64,000 nucleotides of DNA from Promethearchaeota archaeon (GTDB taxonomy: Archaea > Asgardarchaeota > Hermodarchaeia > Hermodarchaeales > Hermodarchaeaceae): positions 9,943-73,942 of the forward strand of contig JBHLPH010000010.1 of NCBI GenBank assembly GCA_048939625.1, given 5' to 3'. Below are positions 47,970 through 58,080 of the stretch, one piece after another. Position 1 is the stretch's first letter, and each line of letters starts with the position of its first letter. The notes under the pieces were generated by a model. That model was not told where the DNA came from, made no database searches, and saw only the letters and a list, made by a program, of their open reading frames with translations. A program made the translations under genes and the position numbers.

Positions 47970-48713
47970 ATGATGTCTGGAATGGGTGGAATTCGTGGCG
48001 ATAAACGGGTTGATTTAGGCGATGCGGCGTTGGCACGATTAGATTCACATGGGCATCGCTTCGAGATAATCGTTGATCCGAAACTAGCCTGGAGTTTTAA
48101 ACAAGGAGAGGCAGTCGAATTTCGTGAAATTCTCCGTGGTGATACCATTTTCGAAGACGCACTTCGAAGCAAAAAGGCCCCTACAGAATCATTAGAAGAG
48201 GCGTTCGGAACCACTGACGAACGTGAAATAGCCCGAATCATTCTTGAAAAAGGCTCACTCCAGCTCACAACTGAACAACGCCGCGAGATGGTTGAGAAAC
48301 GGCGACGTCAAGTAATTGACATCATTGTGCGGAACTCAATTAATCCTAAGACCGGTTTACCCCATCCACCTGCGCGAATCGAATCAGCTATGGATGAGGC
48401 TAGTGTAGTAATTGATTCTACTCAGACAGCTGAAGAACAAGCTCGCGATGTTGTCAAGGCATTACAACCCATTATTCCAATTCGAATGGAAGTTCAACAA
48501 ATTGCTGTAAAGATTCCGCCCGACTTTGCCCCCAAAGCCTATGGCATCGTAGAGCGTCAAGCTCATATCGCAAAGGATGAGTGGCAAAAGGACGGGTCTT
48601 GGATCGCAATTGTTGAAGTCCCTGCTGGACTCCGTGGAGACCTCATTGATGCACTCAACAATCTTACGCGTGGTCGTGCTGAAATCAAGATACTAAAAAA
48701 GGAAACACTATAG
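47970..48713 (+). CDS. sbds: Ribosome maturation factor SBDS/Sdo1
   Basis: RFEI, FGTTD, I...G.LQLT.EQR, NP.T..PHPP.RIE.AM. Confidence 0.95.
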   Translation: MMSGMGGIRGDKRVDLGDAALARLDSHGHRFEIIVDPKLAWSFKQGEAVEFREILRGDTIFEDALRSKKAPTESLEEAFGTTDEREIARIILEKGSLQLTTEQRREMVEKRRRQVIDIIVRNSINPKTGLPHPPARIESAMDEASVVIDSTQTAEEQARDVVKALQPIIPIRMEVQQIAVKIPPDFAPKAYGIVERQAHIAKDEWQKDGSWIAIVEVPAGLRGDLIDALNNLTRGRAEIKILKKETL

Positions 48714-48728
48714 GAGGCTTTACCGAAC

Positions 48729-49439
48729 GTGTCAATCCACTTTGAACAACAAGATATTGTCGTTCCTGGGCAGCTCCTTGCTGAAGGCGATTTTCGCAAC
48801 GGGGAGGGAGCTTTCAAGGAACAAGAGAAAGTCTTTGCCTCTGTTATTGGTGTGGCGAAGATGAAAGGTAAAACGGTATATGTTGTTCCCTTGAAAGGGC
48901 AATACATACCCAAGGTTCGTGACATCATAATTGGAACGATTGTGGAAGTAACCCTGAATGGCTGGCTTATCGACTTCCATAGCCCCTATCCTGCCATGCT
49001 TCCAGTGATGCACGCACTATCCCGACGTGATGCAGTTCACGCAAAAGAAAATCTTCGGAAATATTACGATATTGGAGAAACTGTCGTAGCAGAAATCATT
49101 GCTGCAGATCGAACACGAGATCCCCTGATAACCACACTTGGTCGTGGGCTAGGAAAAGTCCGAGGGGGTATTCTGATGCATATTATCCCAACGCGGGTTC
49201 CACGGCTGATAGGGCGTAAGGGATCCATGATTAATATGCTAAAATCAGACCTTCAAGTCGATATCGTTGTAGGGCAAAACGGGATTGTCTGGCTAAAAGG
49301 GAACCCAAACCGGATGTCAATCGCTATTGAGGCGATTCATCAAATCGAACGCGAAGCTCACACCAGTGGGCTCACTGATCGCATTCGTGACTTCATAAAT
49401 GAGAAGCTTGCTGAATTAAACGGTGAGAAAAATGAGTGA
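48729..49439 (+). CDS. rrp4: Exosome subunit Rrp4
   Basis: VVPG, YIP...D..IG, VPRLIGRKGSM, GQNG..W, EAHTSGLT. Confidence 0.95.
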   Translation: MSIHFEQQDIVVPGQLLAEGDFRNGEGAFKEQEKVFASVIGVAKMKGKTVYVVPLKGQYIPKVRDIIIGTIVEVTLNGWLIDFHSPYPAMLPVMHALSRRDAVHAKENLRKYYDIGETVVAEIIAADRTRDPLITTLGRGLGKVRGGILMHIIPTRVPRLIGRKGSMINMLKSDLQVDIVVGQNGIVWLKGNPNRMSIAIEAIHQIEREAHTSGLTDRIRDFINEKLAELNGEKNE

Positions 49440-50343
49440 TAAAAAAGCGGAAGCAGAACAACCATTGATAGACGCTAAGGGGCTACGGACTGATGGTCGC
49501 AAGTTCAACGAGCTCCGACCAATCCGATTAGAAGTAGGATATCTTAGTCGCGCTGATGGATCTGCTTACATTGAACATGGCCGAAACAAAATCGTTGCTG
49601 CAGTATACGGCCCTCGCGAACTGCATCCACGACATCTTGCTCAATCCGATCGAGCTCTCCTCCGAGTGATTTATCGGATGGCAACCTTTTCGGTTTCTGA
49701 TCGAAAACGTCCTGCTCCCAGTCGTCGAGAACATGAAATCTCTATGGTTCTTCGTCAAGCCCTTGAACCTATGTTGTTCCTGAAGATGTATCCTCGCGCT
49801 GTGATTGATGTCTTCATCATGGTCTTAGAAGCAGATGGCGGTTCACGGTGTGCAAGTGCCACTGTTGCCTCACTAGCCCTTGCCGATGCAGGAATACCCA
49901 TGCGAGGCTTGGTCGCTGGTTGCGCCGCTGGGAAAATTGATGGCAAGGTGGTAGTAGACCTGAACGATATCGAAGATAAAATCGGGGACGCTGATGTGCC
50001 TTTGGTAATGGCTCCCGATCGGGGTGATGTTACTCTCTTGCAAATGGACGGAAAACTTACATCCAAAGAATTCGCTGAAGCGCTTCGAATGGCGGAAGAG
50101 GGAATTGCACAAATACAAGATATGCAACGGGCAGTCCTTCTAGATAAATATGCGAAAATTCGGGAAACAATTGGAGATGAAGACGAAGAGGCACCTAAAG
50201 AAAAGGAACCCGAAGAAAAACCGAAGCCTACCAAAAAGAGAGCCAAACGCACTAAAACTGAAAAAACCGAGACAAAGCCTAAGACCACGAAAAAGAGTAA
50301 ACGCTCCAAATCTAAGGACGAAGACCAAGAAGCAAAGGAGTGA
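49432..50343 (+). CDS. rrp41: Exosome subunit Rrp41 with Lys/Glu-rich tail
   Basis: R.DGR...ELRP, ADGSA, VYGPRE, SRRE.EIS, ADGG.R, LQMDG. Confidence 0.95.
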   Translation: MSDKKAEAEQPLIDAKGLRTDGRKFNELRPIRLEVGYLSRADGSAYIEHGRNKIVAAVYGPRELHPRHLAQSDRALLRVIYRMATFSVSDRKRPAPSRREHEISMVLRQALEPMLFLKMYPRAVIDVFIMVLEADGGSRCASATVASLALADAGIPMRGLVAGCAAGKIDGKVVVDLNDIEDKIGDADVPLVMAPDRGDVTLLQMDGKLTSKEFAEALRMAEEGIAQIQDMQRAVLLDKYAKIRETIGDEDEEAPKEKEPEEKPKPTKKRAKRTKTEKTETKPKTTKKSKRSKSKDEDQEAKE

Positions 50344-50349
50344 GTAAAA

Positions 50350-51144
50350 ATGGATATTGTTACTGATATCGAACGAGAACAGATTCTTAACCTTCTCCGA
50401 GAAGGAAAACGCATTGATGGTCGAGGATTCGATGATATTCGTCCCATCAAAATAACACAGAACATTATCACAAAAGCCGAGGGATCCGCTGAAGCTTGGC
50501 TAGGAGAGAGCCGCGTACTGGCAGGTGTAAAAATACAGGTTGGAAAACCATTTCCCGATACTCCCGATGAAGGAGTAGTCATTACATCGTCAGAGCTGTC
50601 TCCAATCGCGTCCCCAACCTTTGAATTGGGACCTCCGGATGAGCAGTCCATTGAATTAGCTCGGGTTGTAGATCGAGGCATTCGTCATTCTAGTGCAATC
50701 AACCGCCAAGATTTGTGCATTCAATCTGGTGATGCAGTCTATATGGTCTTGGTGGATTTGTATGTACTTGCAGATCATGGCAATCTCATTGACGTGGCTA
50801 CTCTTGCTGCCGTGGCAGCTTTACTCGACACTAAAATGCCAACGGTTAAACTCACTGAAAATGGTGAACCCGAGATTCAAGAAGAGACCACAAATCTCAA
50901 AGTAGGACCGCCACCACTAACAATCACTTTTGCAAAAATTGGTAATCACATCATAGCTGATCCAAATCATGAAGAAGAACGGGTTTTGGATGGACGGCTA
51001 TCAATTTCTATTGATGGCGATGATGCAATCTCCTCAATGCAAAAGTGGGGAACCGTTCCATTCTCTATTCAAGAAGCCACCGACTGCGTAGAACGAGCGA
51101 GCAAAATCGTTAAAAAGATGCGTAAACAGCTTCCCAAAAGGTGA
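50350..51144 (+). CDS. rrp42: Exosome subunit Rrp42
   Basis: [36 protein letters not shown]. Confidence 0.95.
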   Translation: MDIVTDIEREQILNLLREGKRIDGRGFDDIRPIKITQNIITKAEGSAEAWLGESRVLAGVKIQVGKPFPDTPDEGVVITSSELSPIASPTFELGPPDEQSIELARVVDRGIRHSSAINRQDLCIQSGDAVYMVLVDLYVLADHGNLIDVATLAAVAALLDTKMPTVKLTENGEPEIQEETTNLKVGPPPLTITFAKIGNHIIADPNHEEERVLDGRLSISIDGDDAISSMQKWGTVPFSIQEATDCVERASKIVKKMRKQLPKR

Positions 51145-51152
51145 ATATTCAC

Positions 51153-51428
51153 ATGGGTCGTACGAAGAAAGCTGGAACAGCAGGTCGATTCGGTGCTCGC
51201 TACGGAGTAACCCTCCGGCAGCGGGTAGCAAAAATCGAATCAAACATGAAGATAAAACACAAATGTCCCAACTGTCAAACCAAGGCGGTTCGCCGAGTCT
51301 CTACAGGTATTTGGAGCTGTCGAAAATGTGGACACATCTTTACAGGTGGAGCATACATGCCCACCACAGATGCACAGAAAGTTCTTCGCTCCTTCCGTGA
51401 ACGCTCGGTCAGCCGGCGATCATCGTGA
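51153..51428 (+). CDS. rpl37ae: 50S ribosomal protein eL43 (L37ae)
   Basis: [22 protein letters not shown]. Confidence 0.96.
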   Translation: MGRTKKAGTAGRFGARYGVTLRQRVAKIESNMKIKHKCPNCQTKAVRRVSTGIWSCRKCGHIFTGGAYMPTTDAQKVLRSFRERSVSRRSS

Positions 51429-51985
51429 TTGCCATCGGTACTACTCGAAAACCGACCCAACGGATTCGGAGTTTCATCAAGGAACTCAGCCATGTTATTC
51501 CTAGTTCAGTGCGTCTTACTCGAGGAAAGCAGGGATTTGCTGAGTTCTGCGAATCGGCACAGGAATACGGAGCTTCACGCCTCCTCCTTGTTGGCGCATT
51601 TCATGGAAATCCAGGCCGAATCGGCTTCTTAAATTACTCTGAAGATGGCTGGAATTTTTATCCACCCACAATCATCATTACCTCCACTCAACTTCTTCGA
51701 GAGAGAAATAATAATCCGCCACGAAAAATCAGAAAACTATTTGTTCTCGCTGATTTACCCAACGACCAATCCAAGGCCCAACTTCTCGCCCAAGCGCTGA
51801 ATGTACCTTGTATTGAACGAGATGCGCTCTCAGGCTTAGAATCTCAGGCAGCAGTGTTACGCGTGGCACTAACACAATATAAGGCACTGGATTTTGTTTC
51901 ACCAGACGAATCTCACCTACTCGGTCCCGCAATGCGGGTGAAACACTTTCTTACACGACCAATAGGAGAAGCTAAACGATGGTAA
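51425..51985 (+). CDS. Brix/Imp4-like ribosome biogenesis protein
   Basis: TTRKP..R.RSF...L, RGK, GNP; superoperon position. Confidence 0.82.
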   Translation: MIAIGTTRKPTQRIRSFIKELSHVIPSSVRLTRGKQGFAEFCESAQEYGASRLLLVGAFHGNPGRIGFLNYSEDGWNFYPPTIIITSTQLLRERNNNPPRKIRKLFVLADLPNDQSKAQLLAQALNVPCIERDALSGLESQAAVLRVALTQYKALDFVSPDESHLLGPAMRVKHFLTRPIGEAKRW

Positions 51986-52248
51986 ATCCTTCGCAGTATG
52001 CGCTCACAATCCAAATTCATCCGAAAACCCCCAAAAATCATCAGGCAATCTTGTCCGCGCTCGAACCAGAATTTTCGTCGATAGATTCAAAAAGAGTCAA
52101 GTTTCACAATAAATCCAACAAGAATGAAATTGTGTTTCACCTCACTGCCCAAGATGTAAATGCGCTTCGTGCTGCAGCAACCACACTGATGCGTCTCTAC
52201 ACGGTGGCTGATGGTGTACACCAATTTACGGTGAAGAAAAATGGGTGA
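51979..52248 (+). CDS. pcc1: KEOPS subunit Pcc1
   Basis: AL.PE, A.D..ALRAA....R; between Brix and prefoldin beta. Confidence 0.8.
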   Translation: MVNPSQYALTIQIHPKTPKNHQAILSALEPEFSSIDSKRVKFHNKSNKNEIVFHLTAQDVNALRAAATTLMRLYTVADGVHQFTVKKNG

Positions 52249-52606
52249 AGAGCTTCCACCGCGTGTTCGTCAGCAGCTCGTACGAGTCCAACAAACACGT
52301 GATAGCCTACAATACGTAACTGCCCTACTGCTTCAGGTAAAACAGCAACTGGCTGAAACCAAGAACGCCCAAGAGCAGATCAAGGGGTTGACTGCCAAAA
52401 GCGTAATCTATCAAGCTTCTGGACCAATGCTTTTCAAGACAACCAAAACAAAAGCGAATAAGAATCTAAAAGAGCAAATCGAATCTTTGGAGCTTCGAGT
52501 TAAATCCCTTGAAAAACAAGAAGCCCAATTACGCAAACAGTATGATAGCCTCCAAGAAACCCTCCGAGGAATGCTTGGACAACCCGGTACCGCTCCTGCT
52601 GGCTAA
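52241..52606 (+). CDS. pfdB: Prefoldin beta subunit
   Basis: ELPP..., IY...G..L, E.LELR...LEKQE coiled coil. Confidence 0.88.
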   Translation: MGEELPPRVRQQLVRVQQTRDSLQYVTALLLQVKQQLAETKNAQEQIKGLTAKSVIYQASGPMLFKTTKTKANKNLKEQIESLELRVKSLEKQEAQLRKQYDSLQETLRGMLGQPGTAPAG

Positions 52607-52660
52607 TCGCCCTTGTTGATAATGCCGCCTAAATAAATTTCAAAGACAGCGGGACCTTCC

Positions 52661-53698
52661 TTGAAACAACTGAATCCTTCCCAATTTTGGCAAACCCTAT
52701 TAGAAAAAATACAAGATTCAGTTGCCCTCGTTCTCCACCAGAGTGCTGATCCTGACGCTATAGGAAGTGCAGCTGCGCTAGTCCAGCTTCTTCAAATTGA
52801 TGCAAAGATCGATATCCAAATTTTTGCCGAAAGCCTGAATCGGTCTGCCAACAATTTAGCCACGTTCTTCGATATCGAAATTGCTGCTCCAGAAGATTTG
52901 GAAAAACATTCGACCGTTATTTTACTGGATTTGAATAATTTGGAGCAAATCGGCGTACTTGCACCACATCTATCTACAAAAACCGCAACCGTATTTTGCA
53001 TCGACCACCATGCACCACATAAAGATCTCCCTAAACTTGCAGAATACACGCTCCTTGATGACCAAATTCGATCAACAGCAGAGCTAATTTTAGATCTATG
53101 GACGGTGAGTTCCCATACAATGCCACCGGCTGTAGCAACACAACTAGCTTGTGGGCTTGTATATGATTCACGGCACTTTCACATCGCCATAAAAAGTACT
53201 TTTGAGCATTTTCTTACCCTACTACATCACGGGGCAGATTACACTCAAGTTCTTCAACTCCTATCAACACCACTAGACAAATCTGAACGCGTTGCTCGTT
53301 TGAAAGCGGCCCAACGTGTTGCGGTCTACGATGAATTTAATTTACTCATAGCCGCCACAACCATTCGCTCATACGAAGCTAGTGCCTGTCGGGCACTCAT
53401 TGCCTTGGGAGCTGATATCGCCATCGCCTGCGCTGTAAAAAAAGATGAAGTTCGCCTAAGTGCCCGTTCATCGCTTGCTGTCAATAAGGAACGGGGACTG
53501 GACCTCGCCCGAGATGTGATGGAACCTTTAGGTGAATTGATCGGAGGAGCAGGCGGTGGGCATCCTTCAGCGGCGGGTGCAAATGGAGTCGCCACCAGTG
53601 ATCATGCGTTGGGTCTAGCACTCCAATTACTCCGGAAAACTCTAAAAGCTCATCGTGCCCAATCTCCGCCAGTCTCAGATCAAAGTGCTGACGGGTGA
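52661..53698 (+). CDS. DHH-family phosphoesterase (NrnA-like)
   Basis: H..ADPDA.GS, IDHH, ST.EL, GGGH..AAG. Confidence 0.88.
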   Translation: MKQLNPSQFWQTLLEKIQDSVALVLHQSADPDAIGSAAALVQLLQIDAKIDIQIFAESLNRSANNLATFFDIEIAAPEDLEKHSTVILLDLNNLEQIGVLAPHLSTKTATVFCIDHHAPHKDLPKLAEYTLLDDQIRSTAELILDLWTVSSHTMPPAVATQLACGLVYDSRHFHIAIKSTFEHFLTLLHHGADYTQVLQLLSTPLDKSERVARLKAAQRVAVYDEFNLLIAATTIRSYEASACRALIALGADIAIACAVKKDEVRLSARSSLAVNKERGLDLARDVMEPLGELIGGAGGGHPSAAGANGVATSDHALGLALQLLRKTLKAHRAQSPPVSDQSADG

Positions 53699-53704
53699 CG
53701 AAAT

Positions 53705-54544
53705 GTGAGCATCGAAATTAATCAGCTTTCTTTCACCTACTCTGGTTCTGAGACCAAAGTACTCGAAGATATCTCACTGACTATCCCTCAAGGTACATTC
53801 ATCGGACTCGTTGGACCCAGTGGATGTGGAAAAACCACTCTAGCCCGCTGTTTGAATGGCTTGATTCCTCATTTTCATCCTGGTGAACTTGAAGGTTCTG
53901 TGATAGTCGAAGGACTGAATTCCCAAGAACATCATGCCCATGAGCTTGCACAAAAAGTAGGGCTTGTCTTTCAAAACCCCGAAAATCAATTGGTTGCTCC
54001 TACGGTGGAACGCGAGTTGGCTTTTGGGCCCGAGAATCTCGGAGTTCCTCGAGATGAAATCCGTCAACGCGTGGAAACGCTTCTCAAACAACATAATCTT
54101 GAAGCGCTTCGTGAAAAAGCGCCATATGAGTTATCAGGCGGTGAACAACAACGCGTAGCAATTGCCGCTGTGCTAGCTTTGAAACCCGATATATTGGTCT
54201 TAGATGAACCGACTGCGAATCTTGATCCGTTATCCGCCTTTGAGATTTTACAACTGATTGCCCGCCTCAACCAACAAATGCATCTCACTGTCTTGCTTAT
54301 CGAACATCGTTTGGAATTGGTCTTACCCCACTTACACGAGCTCGTTGTCCTCGATAAAGGCAAGTTAATCGCCCAAGGATCACCAGGGGCAGTCTTCAAC
54401 AATCCTTTAGTCTCCCAAATTGGCGTGGCAGTCCCGGGAACGATTCAGCTCTTAAAGCAAATCAAACATTCTCGGCTGCGGTCTTTAACACCCCTTACCG
54501 TTGATGAAGCTGTTCTAGCTATTACTGAGGAGGTTGGTCGATGA
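53705..54544 (+). CDS. ECF transporter ATPase EcfA
   Basis: GPSGCGKTT, VFQNPENQ, LSGGEQQR, LDEPT.NLDP. Confidence 0.9.
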   Translation: MSIEINQLSFTYSGSETKVLEDISLTIPQGTFIGLVGPSGCGKTTLARCLNGLIPHFHPGELEGSVIVEGLNSQEHHAHELAQKVGLVFQNPENQLVAPTVERELAFGPENLGVPRDEIRQRVETLLKQHNLEALREKAPYELSGGEQQRVAIAAVLALKPDILVLDEPTANLDPLSAFEILQLIARLNQQMHLTVLLIEHRLELVLPHLHELVVLDKGKLIAQGSPGAVFNNPLVSQIGVAVPGTIQLLKQIKHSRLRSLTPLTVDEAVLAITEEVGR

Positions 54545-55368
54545 TCCTCTTTGAGCATGTTGGATTTGAATACGAATCCAATTCCCCCGTTCTGAAAAAT
54601 ATCAATCTCGAGTTGGAACCAGGTCAAGTAATTGGAATCATGGGAGAAAACGGCGCAGGGAAAACGACGCTCGTAAAACAAATCAATGGCCTCCTAAAAC
54701 CCACCTCAGGCGCGGTCTATGTAGACGGAGTCGATACGCGTGAAGTATCAACAGCACAATTAGCCAAGAAAGTTGGGTTTGTATTTCAAAATGCAGACCA
54801 CCAGCTCTTCGCAGATACTTTACAAGCTGAAATCGCCTTTGCCCTCCACAATCTTGAATTTTCGAAAGATGAGATTTCCGAGCGGGTGACTCAGTATCTT
54901 GACCTGTTTGATCTCGCCAAATACAAAGATCAATCACCGTTTCTACTCAGTGGTGGAGAACGAAAGCGTCTTGCTCTCGCTTCGGTACTCTGTGTGGATC
55001 CCAGCATCCTGATTCTAGATGAACCAACGCAAGCACAGGATGCTTTACAAAAAGAAAAGTTGCTGAGCTTCATCGATTCGTTCCGTAAGCCTTCTCATAT
55101 CCTATTATTGGTCACCCATGATGTAGAATTTGCCGTGAAAGCTGTTGATCGGCTAATTATCCTTTCACAGGGTCAGTTAATCGCAGATGGGTCACCCCAA
55201 CAGATTCTAAGTAATCCGCAGATATTAGATCGGTCGCGTCTGTTACCCCCCCAGCTGACGCAATTTGCACACCAATTGGCAAAATACTATCCGCAGTTTC
55301 CAACTGACGTGGCAACGATAGCTGCAGCAGTAGAGGCTGTGAATGAATTAATCAGGAGTCGGAGGTGA
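54541..55368 (+). CDS. ECF transporter ATPase EcfA'
   Basis: GENGAGKTT, FQN.DHQ, PF.LSGGERKR, LDEPT. Confidence 0.9.
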   Translation: MILFEHVGFEYESNSPVLKNINLELEPGQVIGIMGENGAGKTTLVKQINGLLKPTSGAVYVDGVDTREVSTAQLAKKVGFVFQNADHQLFADTLQAEIAFALHNLEFSKDEISERVTQYLDLFDLAKYKDQSPFLLSGGERKRLALASVLCVDPSILILDEPTQAQDALQKEKLLSFIDSFRKPSHILLLVTHDVEFAVKAVDRLIILSQGQLIADGSPQQILSNPQILDRSRLLPPQLTQFAHQLAKYYPQFPTDVATIAAAVEAVNELIRSRR

Positions 55369-55375
55369 GAGAGGC

Positions 55376-56155
55376 ATGGCAGCAATTTTTGAAGCGTTCC
55401 GGTTCAAACAAAAGGACACCTTCATGCACGGGCTCGATCCCCGAACCACTTTCTTTATGGCAATCAGCTTCTCAATCATCGGGATGCTCTATCTCCAAAT
55501 CATTCCACTCCTCCTTATCTGGGTGGCTATGCTACCTTTCATATTCTTAGCCCGATCAACCCGTCAATGGTTCAAAAGCCTCCAAGGTCTTGCTTATCTT
55601 GCCGGCTTTATACTCATCATCAATTCCTTCTTTCTTTCCTTCTCTTTTGCCATCTCAACAGTGCTTCGGCTAGTAGTGCTCATGACAGCGTTCTCACTCT
55701 TCTTTCTCACTGTACATCCTGACGATTTCGCCCTCGCCCTAATTAAAATGCGAATTCCCTATGAGTTTGCTTTTGCCTTCTCCATGGCAGTCCGGTATGT
55801 TCCCACCATTGCAACTGAAACGGAAACCATTCGAGATGCCCAAATGTCTCGTGGACTTGAACTTGAACGGGGGAATATCCTGCAAAAGGTTCGCAACTAC
55901 ATCCCAATTCTTATCCCCATCATAGTCAGTTCAATCCGACGTGCCCTACAAGTTGCTGAAAGCCTTGAGTCACGTGCTTTTGGCTCTACAGCTCAACGAA
56001 CTAGCCTCTATGAACTCAAATTACGAAAACGAGATTATGGAATGATGTTCTTAACTGCAGTAGCTCTTATTTGTGCACTCTATCTAGCCTTAGTAGTTCG
56101 GGTGCAATTTCCATTCCTCCTTCCAGATTGGTTTTTCTGGGCCTTCCCCTTTTAA
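55376..56155 (+). CDS. ECF transporter transmembrane component EcfT
   Basis: LDPR, RYVP, AQMSRG and ESRAF coupling motifs. Confidence 0.9.
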   Translation: MAAIFEAFRFKQKDTFMHGLDPRTTFFMAISFSIIGMLYLQIIPLLLIWVAMLPFIFLARSTRQWFKSLQGLAYLAGFILIINSFFLSFSFAISTVLRLVVLMTAFSLFFLTVHPDDFALALIKMRIPYEFAFAFSMAVRYVPTIATETETIRDAQMSRGLELERGNILQKVRNYIPILIPIIVSSIRRALQVAESLESRAFGSTAQRTSLYELKLRKRDYGMMFLTAVALICALYLALVVRVQFPFLLPDWFFWAFPF

Positions 56156-56180
56156 GATAATATTCAGGTGAAATGATTAG

Positions 56181-56780
56181 ATGGCTCCCCTAATTCTACA
56201 CGATGTGGACATCGACAACACACCCCATCAGGTCGGCATTTTTGGCTGCACTCGAACCACACCGCTACTGCCAACCAAAATCAATACCATCACTCAACAA
56301 GTAATTGAGGACCAGAAAATAACTCTTGTATTAGCAGATGCTGATTTTATCGCAGGAGCTGAACATCTCCTCTTCGCAACAATTCATGCTCTCACTGCTT
56401 TTAGTCGAAAGACCAACCGAGCCACCACCAAACAACTAGAGATTTTAAGATTCGCAGCAGCACAACGTCAAATCTCTCAATCCCTGAAACTCTTAGGGGT
56501 CTCAAAATCCACTCGACGATTTGCTGGAGTATTAGTCACATCAACAGCTGCTCCACTTAAGACTGCATACCAAAAGCTGCTGGAAATTGCACAGGCTACA
56601 GATGATGTGCAGGTACTGGACCTAAAGACCTCTAAAAAAGCCCAAGCAATCCAAAACCTCTTTCAGATCTCTAATGCTGAACTAGCTGCTATCTGCCCAA
56701 TGTCAAAACCTGCGGAGAGACACCAGGCACTCCAAAAACTCGTATTTGATCGATGTGCCCTTCAAGCGATTTCACGCTAA
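56181..56780 (+). CDS. cgi121: KEOPS subunit Cgi121
   Basis: HL.FA...A, N.A...EIL...A..RQI...L...G. Confidence 0.85.
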   Translation: MAPLILHDVDIDNTPHQVGIFGCTRTTPLLPTKINTITQQVIEDQKITLVLADADFIAGAEHLLFATIHALTAFSRKTNRATTKQLEILRFAAAQRQISQSLKLLGVSKSTRRFAGVLVTSTAAPLKTAYQKLLEIAQATDDVQVLDLKTSKKAQAIQNLFQISNAELAAICPMSKPAERHQALQKLVFDRCALQAISR

Positions 56781-57316
56781 GGCCGACGTAATGTTACAAT
56801 CTCATCTTCGCGCAATAACGCAAGCCCGGTAATGGGTCCTAAAATCTCGACCATGATCACCCAATCATATTCTTCCAAATCCACCTTCCCTGGAAACTGA
56901 ATCGCGATTTTATGAAGAAGGGTATCACGATCTAATTTCGTATCACGACGATTGAGGTTAATCCGGAACGAGGCTGTGGGTGCCATCTTCTTTGCCAGTT
57001 CCTTGCTGCCCTTCCGGATTGCTTCAAGGGAACTTTCAACCACAAGATCAATGGGGTGAATCTTTAGTAAATCCCGCACGACCCACGGCATTTTCTTAAC
57101 CAGTTGACCAAGGCGGGTAACGAACGCGTGGGCATCACCTTCGAGTTTCGCAGCTACCAGACACGTAATCCCAGTTAGCTTACACCATTCGAGTACACCT
57201 AACTCAGGTTCATCTTCCATTATGCGGCGGAGCTCTTGACAGCTTTCGGCCTCTTGAAAACGGCGGCACGATAACAGCAGATTGAATTGGTCATTGACTG
57301 ATAGCATATAGCTCAC
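56777..57316 (-). CDS. THUMP-domain protein (Tan1-like)
   Basis: FNLL.SC, K..PID, SFRI...RR, VDL...D...VE.LG. Confidence 0.82.
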   Translation of the reverse strand: MSYMLSVNDQFNLLLSCRRFQEAESCQELRRIMEDEPELGVLEWCKLTGITCLVAAKLEGDAHAFVTRLGQLVKKMPWVVRDLLKIHPIDLVVESSLEAIRKGSKELAKKMAPTASFRINLNRRDTKLDRDTLLHKIAIQFPGKVDLEEYDWVIMVEILGPITGLALLREDEIVTLRRP

Positions 57317-57371
57317 AGGTTAAAACTTTCCGTTTTTAAGTCTTCAGGAACCACTTGCTCCATAACCTTCG

Positions 57372-58016
57372 CTAGTCTGTGAGCACAGAATTTAGCCAAT
57401 TTTCAACATCCGACTGGGGGATGGCGCCTTCACGTAGAATTGATGGAGGCTCAGTCATGAAAGTCACGATGGTTGAATCTGCAGAGTGATGAGTTGGTCC
57501 AGCATCTAAAATGAAATCCACTTGGTCCCCCAATTGAGCCACAACCATGTTGGCTGAACGCGGGCTTGGCATGTTCGATTTGTTCGCGCTGGTCCCAATG
57601 ATGGGAAATCCCGTGGCCTGAATCACTTCTAATGTGATGGGGTGATCAGGCACCCGAATTGCTAGTGAGCCACTCGGACCACTAATACCTGGAGGAAACC
57701 CTTGACTTGTGGGTACAATTACAGTTACGGCGCCGGGCCAAAAGTGAGCAACAAAAGCTTCCGCAAGAGCGGATAAGGTAGTAAGCTCTTGAACCTGAGA
57801 AGTACTGGCTGCGAGGAGTGGCATGCCCAACTTCTCAGATCGTTCTTTGATTGATAAAACTCGACGAACCACTTGGGGGTCTGCAGGGTCACCTGTTAAA
57901 CCATATGCCGTATCTGTAGGAACTACAACGACATGGCCTTCACGAATAAGGACTGCAACCTCCTGGATTAACTCAAAATCCGGATTTTGTGGATCAATCG
58001 TTTGGCGCCTAGTCAT
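57372..58016 (-). CDS. tsaC: Threonylcarbamoyl-AMP synthase, short TsaC/YrdC type
   Basis: PTDT.YGL, K.R, WPG..T, RVPDHP, TSAN.S, ILREGA; 214 aa, no Sua5 C-terminal domain. Confidence 0.9.
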   Translation of the reverse strand: MTRRQTIDPQNPDFELIQEVAVLIREGHVVVVPTDTAYGLTGDPADPQVVRRVLSIKERSEKLGMPLLAASTSQVQELTTLSALAEAFVAHFWPGAVTVIVPTSQGFPPGISGPSGSLAIRVPDHPITLEVIQATGFPIIGTSANKSNMPSPRSANMVVAQLGDQVDFILDAGPTHHSADSTIVTFMTEPPSILREGAIPQSDVENWLNSVLTD

Positions 58017-58080
58017 TTTTCAACTGCCACCACTAATAGAGAAGGGATTCTAGCCTAAAACCCTGTTCGAGGCACGATTA

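Noticed and set aside
49755-50681. Long antisense or alternative-frame ORFs (e.g. 308 aa here, 12117-12743, 6414-6956)
   Set aside because: Shadows of conserved sense-strand genes with no protein motifs.
53705-56155. ECF module without an S-component as a novelty
   Set aside because: Shared (group II) ECF modules normally use S-components encoded elsewhere.
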